Positions 47,832 to 55,933 of a DNA stretch of 58,092 bases are shown here, piece after piece. Below the pieces are notes generated by a model. That model saw only the letters and a program-made list of their open reading frames with translations, did no database searches and had not been told where the DNA came from. Each line of letters begins with the position of its first letter. The first letter of the stretch is position 1. The translations under genes were made by a program, and so were the position numbers. Origin of the DNA: a virus (Duplodnaviria; Caudoviricetes); IMG/VR virus record IMGVR_UViG_3300042290_000649, positions 1 through 58,092 of that record, one strand, 5' to 3'.

Positions 47832-48126
47832 AATTGAGAAGACTACCGAGGAATACAAGAAAGAAGAGCAGTTCAATATTGTTGGGTTTAATTTGACGAG
47901 AGATGCCCTTGAGGGAATCGAGCCGCCCACAATTTCAGAGCCGGGAAAAAATCAAACGCTCGGGCGAGTCGTAATGGATGCTGCCCTCGCTCGGTACTTT
48001 GACGCTAATGAGGGTGACTACCTTGATCCAGTTAACCGTAAGTACATTTTTGCCGGGGCATCTATGGCGTATGTATTCTGGGCAAACCAACTGATTCCGG
48101 AAATGGGCGGGGGTATTGATGAGTAA
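47821..48126 (+). CDS. Hypothetical protein
   Basis: Overlapping operon gene, ATG 47821. Confidence 0.55.
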   Translation: MTDEIEKTTEEYKKEEQFNIVGFNLTRDALEGIEPPTISEPGKNQTLGRVVMDAALARYFDANEGDYLDPVNRKYIFAGASMAYVFWANQLIPEMGGGIDE

Positions 48127-48379
48127 GCAAAGCGGTTTAGACAACGTCAAGAAGCGCCAAGTTCAGCGAGAGACTACCCAAAAGGTGTGGGCTATCATTG
48201 CCGCTTCTGGCGTAAAGCGCAGATGGGTTGCGAAGCATCTGGGCATTTCATACGGGTATTTGAATCAGGTTCAGTACGGGCAGAGCCCAATGACTGATTC
48301 GCTTCGCAAGAAGTTGAGTACCTACTTGGGGCGACCCGAGTCGGAATTGTTTGTAGAGATTGAAGAGGAGGCAGAGTAA
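48119..48379 (+). CDS. XRE-family HTH regulator
   Basis: GVKRRWVAKHLGISYGYLNQV..G...RKKLSTYLGRPESELF. Confidence 0.8.
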   Translation: MSKQSGLDNVKKRQVQRETTQKVWAIIAASGVKRRWVAKHLGISYGYLNQVQYGQSPMTDSLRKKLSTYLGRPESELFVEIEEEAE

Positions 48380-48996
48380 TGGCATTCGATAAGAGCGCAC
48401 TAAAGGATTACGTTGATGTCGCGGAGCGTATTCGCGCATGGTATGACGCATACCCAAACGGTCGCATTGAGACTCGCATCGTTGAGCACAACGAGAAGCG
48501 CGTGGTTATTGAGGCCCGCGCCTACCGTGGCGTGAAGGGTGATAACGCCCCAGACGATGAACTTGGCTTTATGGACGACCGACCCGCTGGTGTTGGCCAC
48601 AGCGCCATGCAGATCCCAGGGGCAACGCCATACACCCGTGGTTCAGAGATTGAAAACTGCGAGACGTCGGCTGTCGGGCGCGCGCTCGTGATGGCAGGGC
48701 TTCCGTCTAAGCGCGTTGCGTCAGACGACGAGATTCGCGCGAAGCGAGAAGACTCCCCACGAGAGACCGACTCTGATGGCGTGATCAAGGAAACGAAGAC
48801 CAAGAAGGTTGCAGCAAAGCCAACTGAGCAGGAGCAGGTTGCCGCTGACGAGTGGTCGTCAACGATTGCAAGCGCGACTTCGGTTGATGAACTGAGCAAG
48901 ATTGGTCTCGACATTAGCAAGACGTCGCTTGGCGTTGATGCGCGCAAGTATCTTGCGGATGTCTACAAAGCAAAGCGTGAGGCGCTTGGCCAGTGA
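48379..48996 (+). CDS. Probable ssDNA-annealing protein (Rad52/Sak-like recombinase)
   Basis: YVDVAERI...GRIET...IENCETSAVGRAL...AS.DE; paired with an exonuclease. Confidence 0.7.
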   Translation: MAFDKSALKDYVDVAERIRAWYDAYPNGRIETRIVEHNEKRVVIEARAYRGVKGDNAPDDELGFMDDRPAGVGHSAMQIPGATPYTRGSEIENCETSAVGRALVMAGLPSKRVASDDEIRAKREDSPRETDSDGVIKETKTKKVAAKPTEQEQVAADEWSSTIASATSVDELSKIGLDISKTSLGVDARKYLADVYKAKREALGQ

Positions 48997-49928
48997 GTAG
49001 CACGCCGTTTCCAGACCTTGGCGGTCACGGAATCATTGAGCGCAACCCTACCTATATCAGCGTGAGTGAGTTGCGAGAGTATCTCTCGTGCCCACTTCGC
49101 TGGTGGTACAAGTACAAGATGGGTCTGTGGACTGAGCGAACGACACCGTTCTTTGCGCTTGGGACTGCAGTGCATTCCGGCTTGGCACTTTGGTATAGCA
49201 ACAAGTCCAATAAGTTTACCAGCGGCAAGGCAAAGGAATTTGCGTTGCTTGGGTTTTCCGACACCTATCAGAAAGAGGCGGAGAAGGTGGACTGGTCGCT
49301 AGAGACCACGCGCAACATCTTGACGGACAGCGCGACGGGACAGGAGATGCTGGAGGCAGCAATTACTGCAGGTGATAACTGGACCCCGCACCAGGATGGC
49401 GGTATCGAGAAGACATTCATGGCCGATATCAAGCACAGCAAGTTGGGCACGCTTCCTATCCAACTAAAAGCAACGGTCGACATGTTGCTCGATAACAAGA
49501 ATGTTGTTGAGCACAAGACGGCAGAGCGAAAGTGGGAGCAGGGTCGAGAGCATGGAGACATTCAGGCAACAGCCTACGCTTTGGCAGTACGCGACAACTT
49601 TGGGCATGACCCAGAAGTAACGTTCAACATCATCAGCAAGTCCGCCAAGGGCCCAAACGTTGACCGTCGCGTCACACGAAGGAGCCAAGACCAGATCGAT
49701 CGCCTGTACATTCAGGTTCGATCGTTCCTTGATGCGCGCGAGAAGGGTGCGGTCTATCCGAACCCAACAGCGTTCATCCATGAGAAGTGCGAATTCCGTG
49801 CGCTATGCGACAAGTGGGAGAGCCACCCGCAGCAGTTGCCAGACTCGCGTCGCGCGCTGAAGGTTCTTCTCCCAACCCTTGCCGACAATGCGGTAAAAAC
49901 GCTACAAGACCCACCGAGGATTCGATAA
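48993..49928 (+). CDS. PD-(D/E)XK exonuclease (RecB/Cas4-like)
   Basis: SVSEL..YLSCP, GTAVH, E, VD, EHKT, Q...YALA, CEFRALC. Confidence 0.88.
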   Translation: MSSTPFPDLGGHGIIERNPTYISVSELREYLSCPLRWWYKYKMGLWTERTTPFFALGTAVHSGLALWYSNKSNKFTSGKAKEFALLGFSDTYQKEAEKVDWSLETTRNILTDSATGQEMLEAAITAGDNWTPHQDGGIEKTFMADIKHSKLGTLPIQLKATVDMLLDNKNVVEHKTAERKWEQGREHGDIQATAYALAVRDNFGHDPEVTFNIISKSAKGPNVDRRVTRRSQDQIDRLYIQVRSFLDAREKGAVYPNPTAFIHEKCEFRALCDKWESHPQQLPDSRRALKVLLPTLADNAVKTLQDPPRIR

Positions 49929-50224
49929 TGTCGTCGGCGGGGTATGTTGAATTTTACGACATTGCTCCGCCAAAGTGCGAGCATGACCCATATCAAAAAG
50001 ATTGCGTCTCCTGCGCGGTTCGTGTCTTAAAGATGTACTTGCCGGCAACGATGGTGCTTTCGGTTGAGTCAAAGCCCGACTTCTACCAAGCGCAGGCTTC
50101 TGATCGTGATGGATTCTTCCGAGTCGTTGCCAGCGGTTTGACACCAGCCGACGCATTGGTTAACCTCCGAAATCCATTGGCACTGATTGCATTCATGAGC
50201 AAGTCGGATGGAGGTCAAGAATAA
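49928..50224 (+). CDS. Hypothetical protein with a CxH...CxxC motif
   Basis: ATG 49928 overlaps the upstream TAA; GAGGA RBS. Confidence 0.6.
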   Translation: MSSAGYVEFYDIAPPKCEHDPYQKDCVSCAVRVLKMYLPATMVLSVESKPDFYQAQASDRDGFFRVVASGLTPADALVNLRNPLALIAFMSKSDGGQE

Positions 50225-50385
50225 TGATGCCCGATGAGTATGGCTACCAGCCGTGCGAAGACTGCGGCGACGAAACAAGCGAGACGCTAAAGTCGGGCAC
50301 GGGACTTGGGGTGTGGCGGTGCGAGAAGTGCCACAACATTGCAACATGCGGATGTGAACTTTGCATTGCGGAGGGAGGCCACTAA
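50224..50385 (+). CDS. Small Zn-finger protein (53 aa)
   Basis: Manual translation MMPDEYGYQPCEDC...WRCEKC...CGCELC; GGAGG RBS; below the ORF-track cutoff. Confidence 0.65.
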   Translation: MMPDEYGYQPCEDCGDETSETLKSGTGLGVWRCEKCHNIATCGCELCIAEGGH

Positions 50386-50386
50386 A

Positions 50387-51112
50387 TTGACCGACTACAA
50401 GGACATTCCGTTCTTCCCTGAGGATCTTGTCGCAAAGGAGACTGTCCGACGTGTGTGGTGGCGCTGCTACAGCGACCTGCCGAAGCACAAGAAGTTGTGG
50501 CGACTCCCAGACAACAATGCACGCTGGGCGTGGATTACGCTTCTTTGCGCCGCATCGGAAACACACGGCGTATTTGAATCTGATCAGCACATCGAAGCCG
50601 TCGTCGGAACGCAGAACGCCAAGTGGCTTGCCGTATTCCGAAGGGTTGGACTGCTCGATGGACTTGTCGTTCACGATTGGGACGAGTGGCAGGAGACCCC
50701 ACAGGACGCATCTCGTGCAGAACGACTGAAGAAGTCCGCCGCAGCGCGAGAGCGATACGATCGCCTAGAGATCAATCATGTTGACGATAGCCCCGTTCCA
50801 GTCCGAACCATGAAGGAATGGCTGGAGTACGTGGTCGGTGGGCCAAATCCGCAGGGCAGGTTGACCGAATTCATCGCGGCGCAGTTCGGCATCATTCCCG
50901 ACAAGAATGATTACGGTCGCGTGGCACGACTTATCAAGTCTTATCCGGGCGGAATCCCCGCGCTCATGTCTGCGGTATGCGAGGCTGCACTACGTGATGT
51001 GAAGGGGGACTACATTGCGTACATCACCAAACTCGGTCAGGGTCGAGCCAAGTTCGGCGCCACGGTCACAACAAACACGCGAAGCGAAAGCCGGGATTCT
51101 TTCGTCGAATAA
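50387..51112 (+). CDS. Probable replication initiator (replisome organiser)
   Basis: TTG start after GGAGG; W.RCYSDLPKHKK...WITLLC.AS...VHDWDEWQ; precedes the helicase loader. Confidence 0.7.
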   Translation: MTDYKDIPFFPEDLVAKETVRRVWWRCYSDLPKHKKLWRLPDNNARWAWITLLCAASETHGVFESDQHIEAVVGTQNAKWLAVFRRVGLLDGLVVHDWDEWQETPQDASRAERLKKSAAARERYDRLEINHVDDSPVPVRTMKEWLEYVVGGPNPQGRLTEFIAAQFGIIPDKNDYGRVARLIKSYPGGIPALMSAVCEAALRDVKGDYIAYITKLGQGRAKFGATVTTNTRSESRDSFVE

Positions 51113-51126
51113 CAAACACATGCAAA

Positions 51127-51153
51127 CAATCGTCCGTCGCGGACGGACGATTG
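51127..51153. repeat. Perfect 12-bp inverted repeat between initiator and loader
   Basis: CAATCGTCCGTC-gcg-GACGGACGATTG. Confidence 0.8.
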
Positions 51154-51169
51154 AGAATGGAGGTGAGGC

Positions 51170-51856
51170 ATGCATGCCGAAACGACTCCGCCGCAGGCGG
51201 AAAGACGCGGAAAAATTTTAGAAAAAGTAGGGATTCCGCAGCGTCACGCTGCCTCATCCCTTTCTACCTGGATTGATCGTCCTGGCACGGAGAAAGGGCT
51301 CAATGCTGCACAGGAATGGATTACCAGCCCCCTGTCAGATCAGGGCTTCATGCTGCTGGGAACCCCAGGCACAGGCAAGACACACCTAGCGGTCGCAGCA
51401 CTACGGGGTAAGACAGAGGCATGGCTTGCGGAGCAGGATGCGGAAGCGAAACGCGACATCTACTACCAGCCCTCAGCACAACCAGTCCATAAGATGCGCT
51501 TCCTCAACGTGCCGCTGTTCCTGGAGCGTCTGCGCTCACAAATGCGCTACTCGGAGGGTGAGGCATCGCAACTCTTCGAATACTGCCTCGACAAGGCATC
51601 TGTGGTCGTTCTCGACGACTTGGGGAAGGAGCGAGCGACCGATTGGGCCTCCGAAAAACTGTACGTGCTGATCGAGAGCAGGTATAGTGCCTGTAAGCCT
51701 ACGATTGCTACCAGTAATCGCACGCTTGATGAATTGGATGATCTTGGCTATGGCCCAGCAATCTCTCGGCTCCAACACACATGCAGAGTCGTCCGTATGG
51801 ACGCCCCCGACTATCGCCCTCGTGCGCGAGCCGCTGAGGATACGGCTGCTCGGTAG
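51170..51856 (+). CDS. DnaC/IstB-like AAA+ helicase loader
   Basis: GTPGTGKTHLA, VVLDDLGKE, IESRY...TIATSN, AISRL, DYR. Confidence 0.92.
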   Translation: MHAETTPPQAERRGKILEKVGIPQRHAASSLSTWIDRPGTEKGLNAAQEWITSPLSDQGFMLLGTPGTGKTHLAVAALRGKTEAWLAEQDAEAKRDIYYQPSAQPVHKMRFLNVPLFLERLRSQMRYSEGEASQLFEYCLDKASVVVLDDLGKERATDWASEKLYVLIESRYSACKPTIATSNRTLDELDDLGYGPAISRLQHTCRVVRMDAPDYRPRARAAEDTAAR

Positions 51857-52193
51857 GCCCCCCTCCTGGAATGCGGCATACCGTGCGCATGGCAGCATCG
51901 TCTACAAGACACGGATTGCAAAAGACTGGAAAACCCTGATAGAATCGCTAGTGCGGGCCAGGGCGCTCGAGACACTCTGGTCCGCAAAAGAAGAGAGGAC
52001 AATCGTCGACATTAGTATCAGCCTGAAGAGGCCGATGGATGCCGACAATATCCTGAAACTCACGCTTGATGCCGTTGCATCAGGTTTGGGTATTAATGAT
52101 CGGTGGTTCTTGCCAAGGGTCTGGTCTCTCCAGACGCAGCAAGACACCGAATATGTAGACCTGTCGATATGGCAGGAAGGAGATCTAGGATGA
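51822..52193 (+). CDS. rusA: RusA-family Holliday junction resolvase
   Basis: PPSWNAAYR, DADNILKLTLDA, INDR; start codon uncertain. Confidence 0.82.
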   Translation: MREPLRIRLLGRPPSWNAAYRAHGSIVYKTRIAKDWKTLIESLVRARALETLWSAKEERTIVDISISLKRPMDADNILKLTLDAVASGLGINDRWFLPRVWSLQTQQDTEYVDLSIWQEGDLG

Positions 52194-52573
52194 TTAAGGT
52201 CACACTCCTTGGGCGCGTCGGGAGCGACCCAGTACTCCGCGCAACGAAGACTGGCAAGACCGTTGCCAACTTCAGTGTTGCAGACAACCAGAAAGAGGCA
52301 GGAGAGCAGAAGACCACGTGGTACAGCGTCTCATGCTGGGATGCAAAGGCAGAAATTGCCGAGAAAATCGTCCGTAAGGGCGACTTGGTCTATGTCGAAG
52401 GCGTCCCTACGGTCTCATCGTGGACCGACAAGCAGGGCGCAGCACGCAACGAAATTTCGATTTCGTGCCGCTTCCTCCAGGTAGAGAAGCAGAAGAAGGA
52501 CGGCCCTTCGCAGGAACCTGTTGGGTCGACCCAGTCTGCTAATATCAACGACGACATCGACATTCCGTTCTAG
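52190..52573 (+). CDS. ssb: Single-stranded DNA-binding protein
   Basis: KVTLLGRVGSDP..VANFSVA...KGDLVYVEG...DDIDIPF. Confidence 0.95.
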   Translation: MIKVTLLGRVGSDPVLRATKTGKTVANFSVADNQKEAGEQKTTWYSVSCWDAKAEIAEKIVRKGDLVYVEGVPTVSSWTDKQGAARNEISISCRFLQVEKQKKDGPSQEPVGSTQSANINDDIDIPF

Positions 52574-52631
52574 GGTCATCACGCCCTGGTCACGCTTCTG
52601 AAGTCATCACAACTTCGGAGGGAGATGTACT

Positions 52632-52664
52632 CAACCCCCAGGGGAAACCTTGGGGGTTGTTTTT
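52632..52664 (+). terminator. Intrinsic terminator after ssb
   Basis: CAACCCCCAGGG-gaaa-CCTTGGGGGTTG followed by TTTTT. Confidence 0.8.
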
Positions 52665-52692
52665 CCCCCAAAACAGCCACAAGGAGCGCCCC

Positions 52693-52995
52693 ATGCACCA
52701 AGACAGCCCTTCCACCCAAATCGCCGCTCTCCGTGGCTCTAAGGACCTTCTCCTGGAGTTCTGGGCCCCTTGGTGCGAGCCGTGTAAGCGCACGATGCCA
52801 GAAGTAGACCGTTTCGCAGCCCTTAACCCTCAGGTAGAGGTCGTCAAAATCAACGTGGATGTCGAGCGAGCCCTCACAAACGAGTGGGAAGTCCGCACCA
52901 TTCCGATGATGGTGTACGTACCAGTAGATGGAGCCCCACGCCAGATCATTGGCTTTATCCGCGCCGAGGAAATTGCGCGAAAGATTGCCGGCTGA
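52693..52995 (+). CDS. Thioredoxin
   Basis: EFWAPWCEPCK, KINVD, VRTIP; AAGGAG RBS before ATG 52693. Confidence 0.92.
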   Translation: MHQDSPSTQIAALRGSKDLLLEFWAPWCEPCKRTMPEVDRFAALNPQVEVVKINVDVERALTNEWEVRTIPMMVYVPVDGAPRQIIGFIRAEEIARKIAG

Positions 52996-53612
52996 TGCAT
53001 ACGGCCGTGATCGTTGCCGGCGGTGAGGCGCGTCGGTGGAAAAATTACGGTGGGGTGGCAAAGCATTTTGTAGAAATTGATGGCGAACGCCTCATTGACC
53101 GCACCATTTGCCAATCTTCCGCACTGTTTGAACGCACGGTCGCTGTTGTGCCCGAATCTAACTACGTTTCAGGGGTTGACCTGGAAATCATCGCCCCAGA
53201 AGAGACGAGAGCGCTCGAACCATGGAAGTTCCTCTCCTCAAAAGACGAGTGGAGCAGCGTTCGAACCACCCTGCTGTACGGAGACGTCTACTTCACCGAT
53301 TCGGCAATAAAAAAAATTGCAGCAGCAGAAGCGAAATTAGCATTTTTGATGCGCTGGACAAAGTCAGATCGCACAGGAAAGCGATATGGCGAGATCTACG
53401 CCATCAGTTTTACTGGATCTATGCATGGGCAGATCATTGCAGCCATGGAGGACTTCACCCCAGACCTAAGTATCCCTGCACGTGCTGGGTGGCACTTGCT
53501 ACATCGACTGTGGTCCGCCGCAACGATGGTTGAGATTGATGACGAGACGGAAGATTTTGATAACCCCGAGGATTACGAACGCTGGATGGTGGCTACGGGA
53601 AGAAGGGGTTGA
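52995..53612 (+). CDS. NTP transferase (MobA/LicC-like nucleotidyltransferase)
   Basis: AVIVAGGEARRW...K...IDGERLIDR, LYGDVYF, DFDNPED; TGATG overlap. Confidence 0.85.
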   Translation: MHTAVIVAGGEARRWKNYGGVAKHFVEIDGERLIDRTICQSSALFERTVAVVPESNYVSGVDLEIIAPEETRALEPWKFLSSKDEWSSVRTTLLYGDVYFTDSAIKKIAAAEAKLAFLMRWTKSDRTGKRYGEIYAISFTGSMHGQIIAAMEDFTPDLSIPARAGWHLLHRLWSAATMVEIDDETEDFDNPEDYERWMVATGRRG

Positions 53613-53657
53613 CACTCAACCCCTGCGGATTGGAGAAAAAATTTAGGTGCAGCCTTT

Positions 53658-53698
53658 GAAAACGCCAACCCCCCCGCCTGACTCGGCGAGGGGGTTGG
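53658..53698 (-). terminator. Terminator ending the leftmost cassette
   Basis: CCAACCCCCTCGCC-gagtca-GGCGGGGGGGTTGG-CGTTTT on the minus strand. Confidence 0.75.
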
Positions 53699-53717
53699 GA
53701 TAGTCCAGAGCCGATAA

Positions 53718-53798
53718 CTAGCCGCGCCGCATCACGGCGAGGATGACGATCCAAGTAGCCGCGATGTAGGCGAGGGTGAGCAGTCCCTCGCCGCTCAC
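53718..53798 (-). CDS. 26-aa single-helix membrane peptide
   Basis: MSGEGLLTLAYIAATWIVILAVMRRG; GTG overlaps the upstream TGA; GAGGTGGAGG upstream. Confidence 0.6.
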   Translation of the reverse strand: MSGEGLLTLAYIAATWIVILAVMRRG

Positions 53799-54016
53799 GC
53801 CTCCACCTCGCGGAGTGCCTCGCGTACGGCTGCCGTATGAGCCGCGCACGCTGGGACTACGAGGGCTGCCGTGCGGCGCGCGCCGTAGAGTCCGTGCGTT
53901 GGCGGGTACTGCTCGGCGACGCTGACGCTGACGAGGGCGACCGCGCCCTCGCCGCACGCCGTTGCGCCGCACGAGCGAACCTGATCCGATCCGAGCCGTG
54001 TGATTGTTGCGCTCAT
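53795..54016 (-). CDS. Hypothetical protein (C-x4-C...CxxH)
   Basis: GGGAGGCACT-ATG; 73 aa. Confidence 0.7.
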   Translation of the reverse strand: MSATITRLGSDQVRSCGATACGEGAVALVSVSVAEQYPPTHGLYGARRTAALVVPACAAHTAAVREALREVEA

Positions 54017-54048
54017 AGTGCCTCCCGATTGTGTGCCGTAGTGAGTAG

Positions 54049-54199
54049 AGGGGGCGACGCGCTACGGCACGCCGCCCCCTTGCCAGAGTGAGACTGACCG
54101 CCCGACTGACCGCCCGACTGACTGCCACCATTGCGCCGTAGCGAAGAGGATGGACTGACTGCGGGACTGACTGCGGGACTGACTGCTCCCCCTGACTGC
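54049..54199 (-). ncRNA. Candidate structured RNA/leader: rod with three symmetric C(A/G)GUCAGU internal loops, cUACGg apex and a 3' hairpin
   Basis: Six 12-nt-period GACTGACYG units (54092, 54104, 54116, 54153, 54165, 54177) whose linkers switch between CCCG and CGGG across the centre; downstream of the promoter motif at 54203. Confidence 0.6.
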
Positions 54200-54202
54200 T
54201 TC

Positions 54203-54235
54203 ACTATCTCACCCCGCCGCCCTGAATCCACCGAA
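54203..54235 (-). promoter_or_regulatory. Cassette promoter motif, variant copy
   Basis: TTCGGTGGATTC-N11-GTGAGATAGT. Confidence 0.65.
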
Positions 54236-54344
54236 GGGCGACGCACGCCGTAGGGCACGCCGAAGGGCGCGCCGAAGGCGACCCGAAGGGTGAAGAATAG
54301 GAAGATGGAAACCACGGGAAGGCGGGCATAGGTTATGCGTAAGA

Positions 54345-54389
54345 CATAACACATAACACATAACACATAACCCATAACCCGCCAGAAAC
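54345..54389. repeat. Heptad array 1: 5 x (N)CATAAC + CCAGAAAC
   Basis: Units at 54345, 54352, 54359, 54366, 54373. Confidence 0.9.
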
Positions 54390-54427
54390 AAAAAAGGGGC
54401 GACGACCCCGAAGGATCGCCGCCCCTT
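54390..54427 (-). terminator. Cassette terminator
   Basis: AAGGGGCGGCGATCC-ttcg-GGGTCGTCGCCCCTTTTTT. Confidence 0.85.
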
Positions 54428-54431
54428 GTGC

Positions 54432-54497
54432 TCACCGCCGACCGACGATCCACGCCATTACGACGACGACCGCGACCAGATACAACACCTCACCCAC
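54432..54497 (-). CDS. 21-aa membrane peptide
   Basis: MGEVLYLVAVVVVMAWIVGRR; paralogue of 57293..57358. Confidence 0.65.
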   Translation of the reverse strand: MGEVLYLVAVVVVMAWIVGRR

Positions 54498-54645
54498 GCG
54501 CCACCGCGTAGACGAGATGCGCCGCGAAGTACGCCGCCGCCGCGACGATGCCGTACCACGCGATACGCCCGACGAGGGCGCGATTCTTGCGCTCCTGCTC
54601 CATCTCCGCATAGGTGCGAAGGCTGACGATTGTTCTCCGATTCAT
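54490..54645 (-). CDS. 51-aa protein with a C-terminal TM helix
   Basis: MNRRTIVSLRTYAEMEQERKNRALVGRIAWYGIVAAAAYFAAHLVYAVARG; GAGAGGGCACT-ATG. Confidence 0.7.
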   Translation of the reverse strand: MNRRTIVSLRTYAEMEQERKNRALVGRIAWYGIVAAAAYFAAHLVYAVARG

Positions 54646-54702
54646 AGTGCCCTCTCTTTCTGCGACGACGCGCCGCCCCGAAGGGCGACGCGCCGCCGCG
54701 CT

Positions 54703-55155
54703 CTACTTTACAAACTCCTCGCCGTTCACAACGACCGACGAGATGCGCTCCAAGCCATAGGCGCGGTGTGAGTGCCGCTCACCCTTGCCGTAGCACGACG
54801 ACCCCTCACGGGAAGCGTACGGGCAAGCCGTTGCCTCGCCGTACTCGTTCATCGCGTAGACGAGGAAGCCGAGCGACTGCGTGCCTTTCTTGGAGAGGCG
54901 TACGGGATCGCCGCCGCCCCAAGCAGGATCGGGGCGACCGCTGACGCGTACCACCGAGATCGTGCCGCCGTCTACCTCGTGCGTGCTGATTGTCTGCTGC
55001 GCGGCGAAGGTGTGCCCTTCCACCGCTTTATTCTCCGCATCGGCGGCGCGCTTGGCGAGAACCTTCTCGCTCGTTGGAAGCGTGCTCGCCACGAGGGTGA
55101 ACACGCGCCCCTTCGCCGCTGCGATTGCGGCGTGGATCTGCTCTGCCGTTGCCAT
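54703..55155 (-). CDS. 150-aa protein, possible SH3/Sm-like (WYL-related) barrel
   Basis: AAAGGAGAG RBS, start 55155; GRVFTLV...LVY...RAYGLERISSVVVNGEEF. Confidence 0.65.
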   Translation of the reverse strand: MATAEQIHAAIAAAKGRVFTLVASTLPTSEKVLAKRAADAENKAVEGHTFAAQQTISTHEVDGGTISVVRVSGRPDPAWGGGDPVRLSKKGTQSLGFLVYAMNEYGEATACPYASREGSSCYGKGERHSHRAYGLERISSVVVNGEEFVK

Positions 55156-55200
55156 AGTGCGCTCTCCTTTCATACTGCGGGGAAGCCCCCCGACTCCTAT

Positions 55201-55233
55201 ACAATGCCACGCCCCTACGCTGAATCCACCGAA
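55201..55233 (-). promoter_or_regulatory. Cassette promoter motif
   Basis: TTCGGTGGATTC-N11-GTGGCATTGT. Confidence 0.75.
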
Positions 55234-55280
55234 GCCGCCGAGGTGCTCCCCGAAGGGTGAAGCGCACGCCGAAGCGCGGC

Positions 55281-55373
55281 GGATTCTTTCGGATTGGATT
55301 ATGGGGATACGGGTACGGGTAAGCGTATACACATAACACATAACCCATAACCCATAACACATAGCCCAGAAAC
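55281..55373. repeat. Spacer array 2: GGATT units, ACGGGT units, 5 heptads, CCAGAAAC
   Basis: Heptads at 55332, 55339, 55346, 55353, 55360. Confidence 0.9.
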
Positions 55374-55375
55374 AC

Positions 55376-55410
55376 AAAGAGGCGACACCCCCGAAGGGAT
55401 GCCGCCTCTT
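55376..55410 (-). terminator. Cassette terminator
   Basis: AAGAGGCGGCATCCC-ttcg-GGGGTGTCGCCTCTTTG. Confidence 0.8.
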
Positions 55411-55429
55411 GCCGTTGCCCCTGTGTGCG

Positions 55430-55819
55430 CTACCTGCTCTGTGGCTCGTAGGTGTCCATCCACTCGCCGCAGAGTCGCGTGCGCTCTACTGCCTCTGCGC
55501 CCTTCGCAGTCCTGCTGCTCGTTTCTGGATCGTTAGTCCACGCGCGAACCTGCGCGATGGTGAGTCCATCGGCGACTGTTTCGCTTGGATACCGACCACC
55601 CGCAAACACGCGAACGATTCGGAAAAGCGTTTCCGTTTCGTCTAGCGATGCCCCGCAAGCGAAGCACGCGGGGGTGTCCTCGTTCACATCGGGGCTATAC
55701 ACGGTGTCCATCGCCTCTGTTGCGCCCTGTGTGCCATCGGCACAATCGCGGCACATCACGACCCCTGCCGTTGTGTCCACATAGCCGACCAGAACGATGC
55801 CGCTTCCTGTGTTCGTCAT
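55430..55819 (-). CDS. Hypothetical protein with CxxC...CxxC and a C-terminal DPETSS domain
   Basis: GGAAGGAGCGCACT-ATG; 129 aa. Confidence 0.75.
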   Translation of the reverse strand: MTNTGSGIVLVGYVDTTAGVVMCRDCADGTQGATEAMDTVYSPDVNEDTPACFACGASLDETETLFRIVRVFAGGRYPSETVADGLTIAQVRAWTNDPETSSRTAKGAEAVERTRLCGEWMDTYEPQSR

Positions 55820-55862
55820 AGTGCGCTCCTTCCATACTGCGGAGAATCTCTCCGACTACTAA

Positions 55863-55895
55863 ACAATGCCACACGGCAACCCCGAATCCACCGAA
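55863..55895 (-). promoter_or_regulatory. Cassette promoter motif
   Basis: TTCGGTGGATTC-N11-GTGGCATTGT. Confidence 0.75.
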
Positions 55896-55933
55896 CGACC
55901 CGAAGGGCAAGGGGAAGGGTGAAGCGTGCGACT

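Noticed and set aside
48993-49928. Cas4 as part of a CRISPR system
   Set aside because: Context next to an annealing protein indicates a phage recombination exonuclease.
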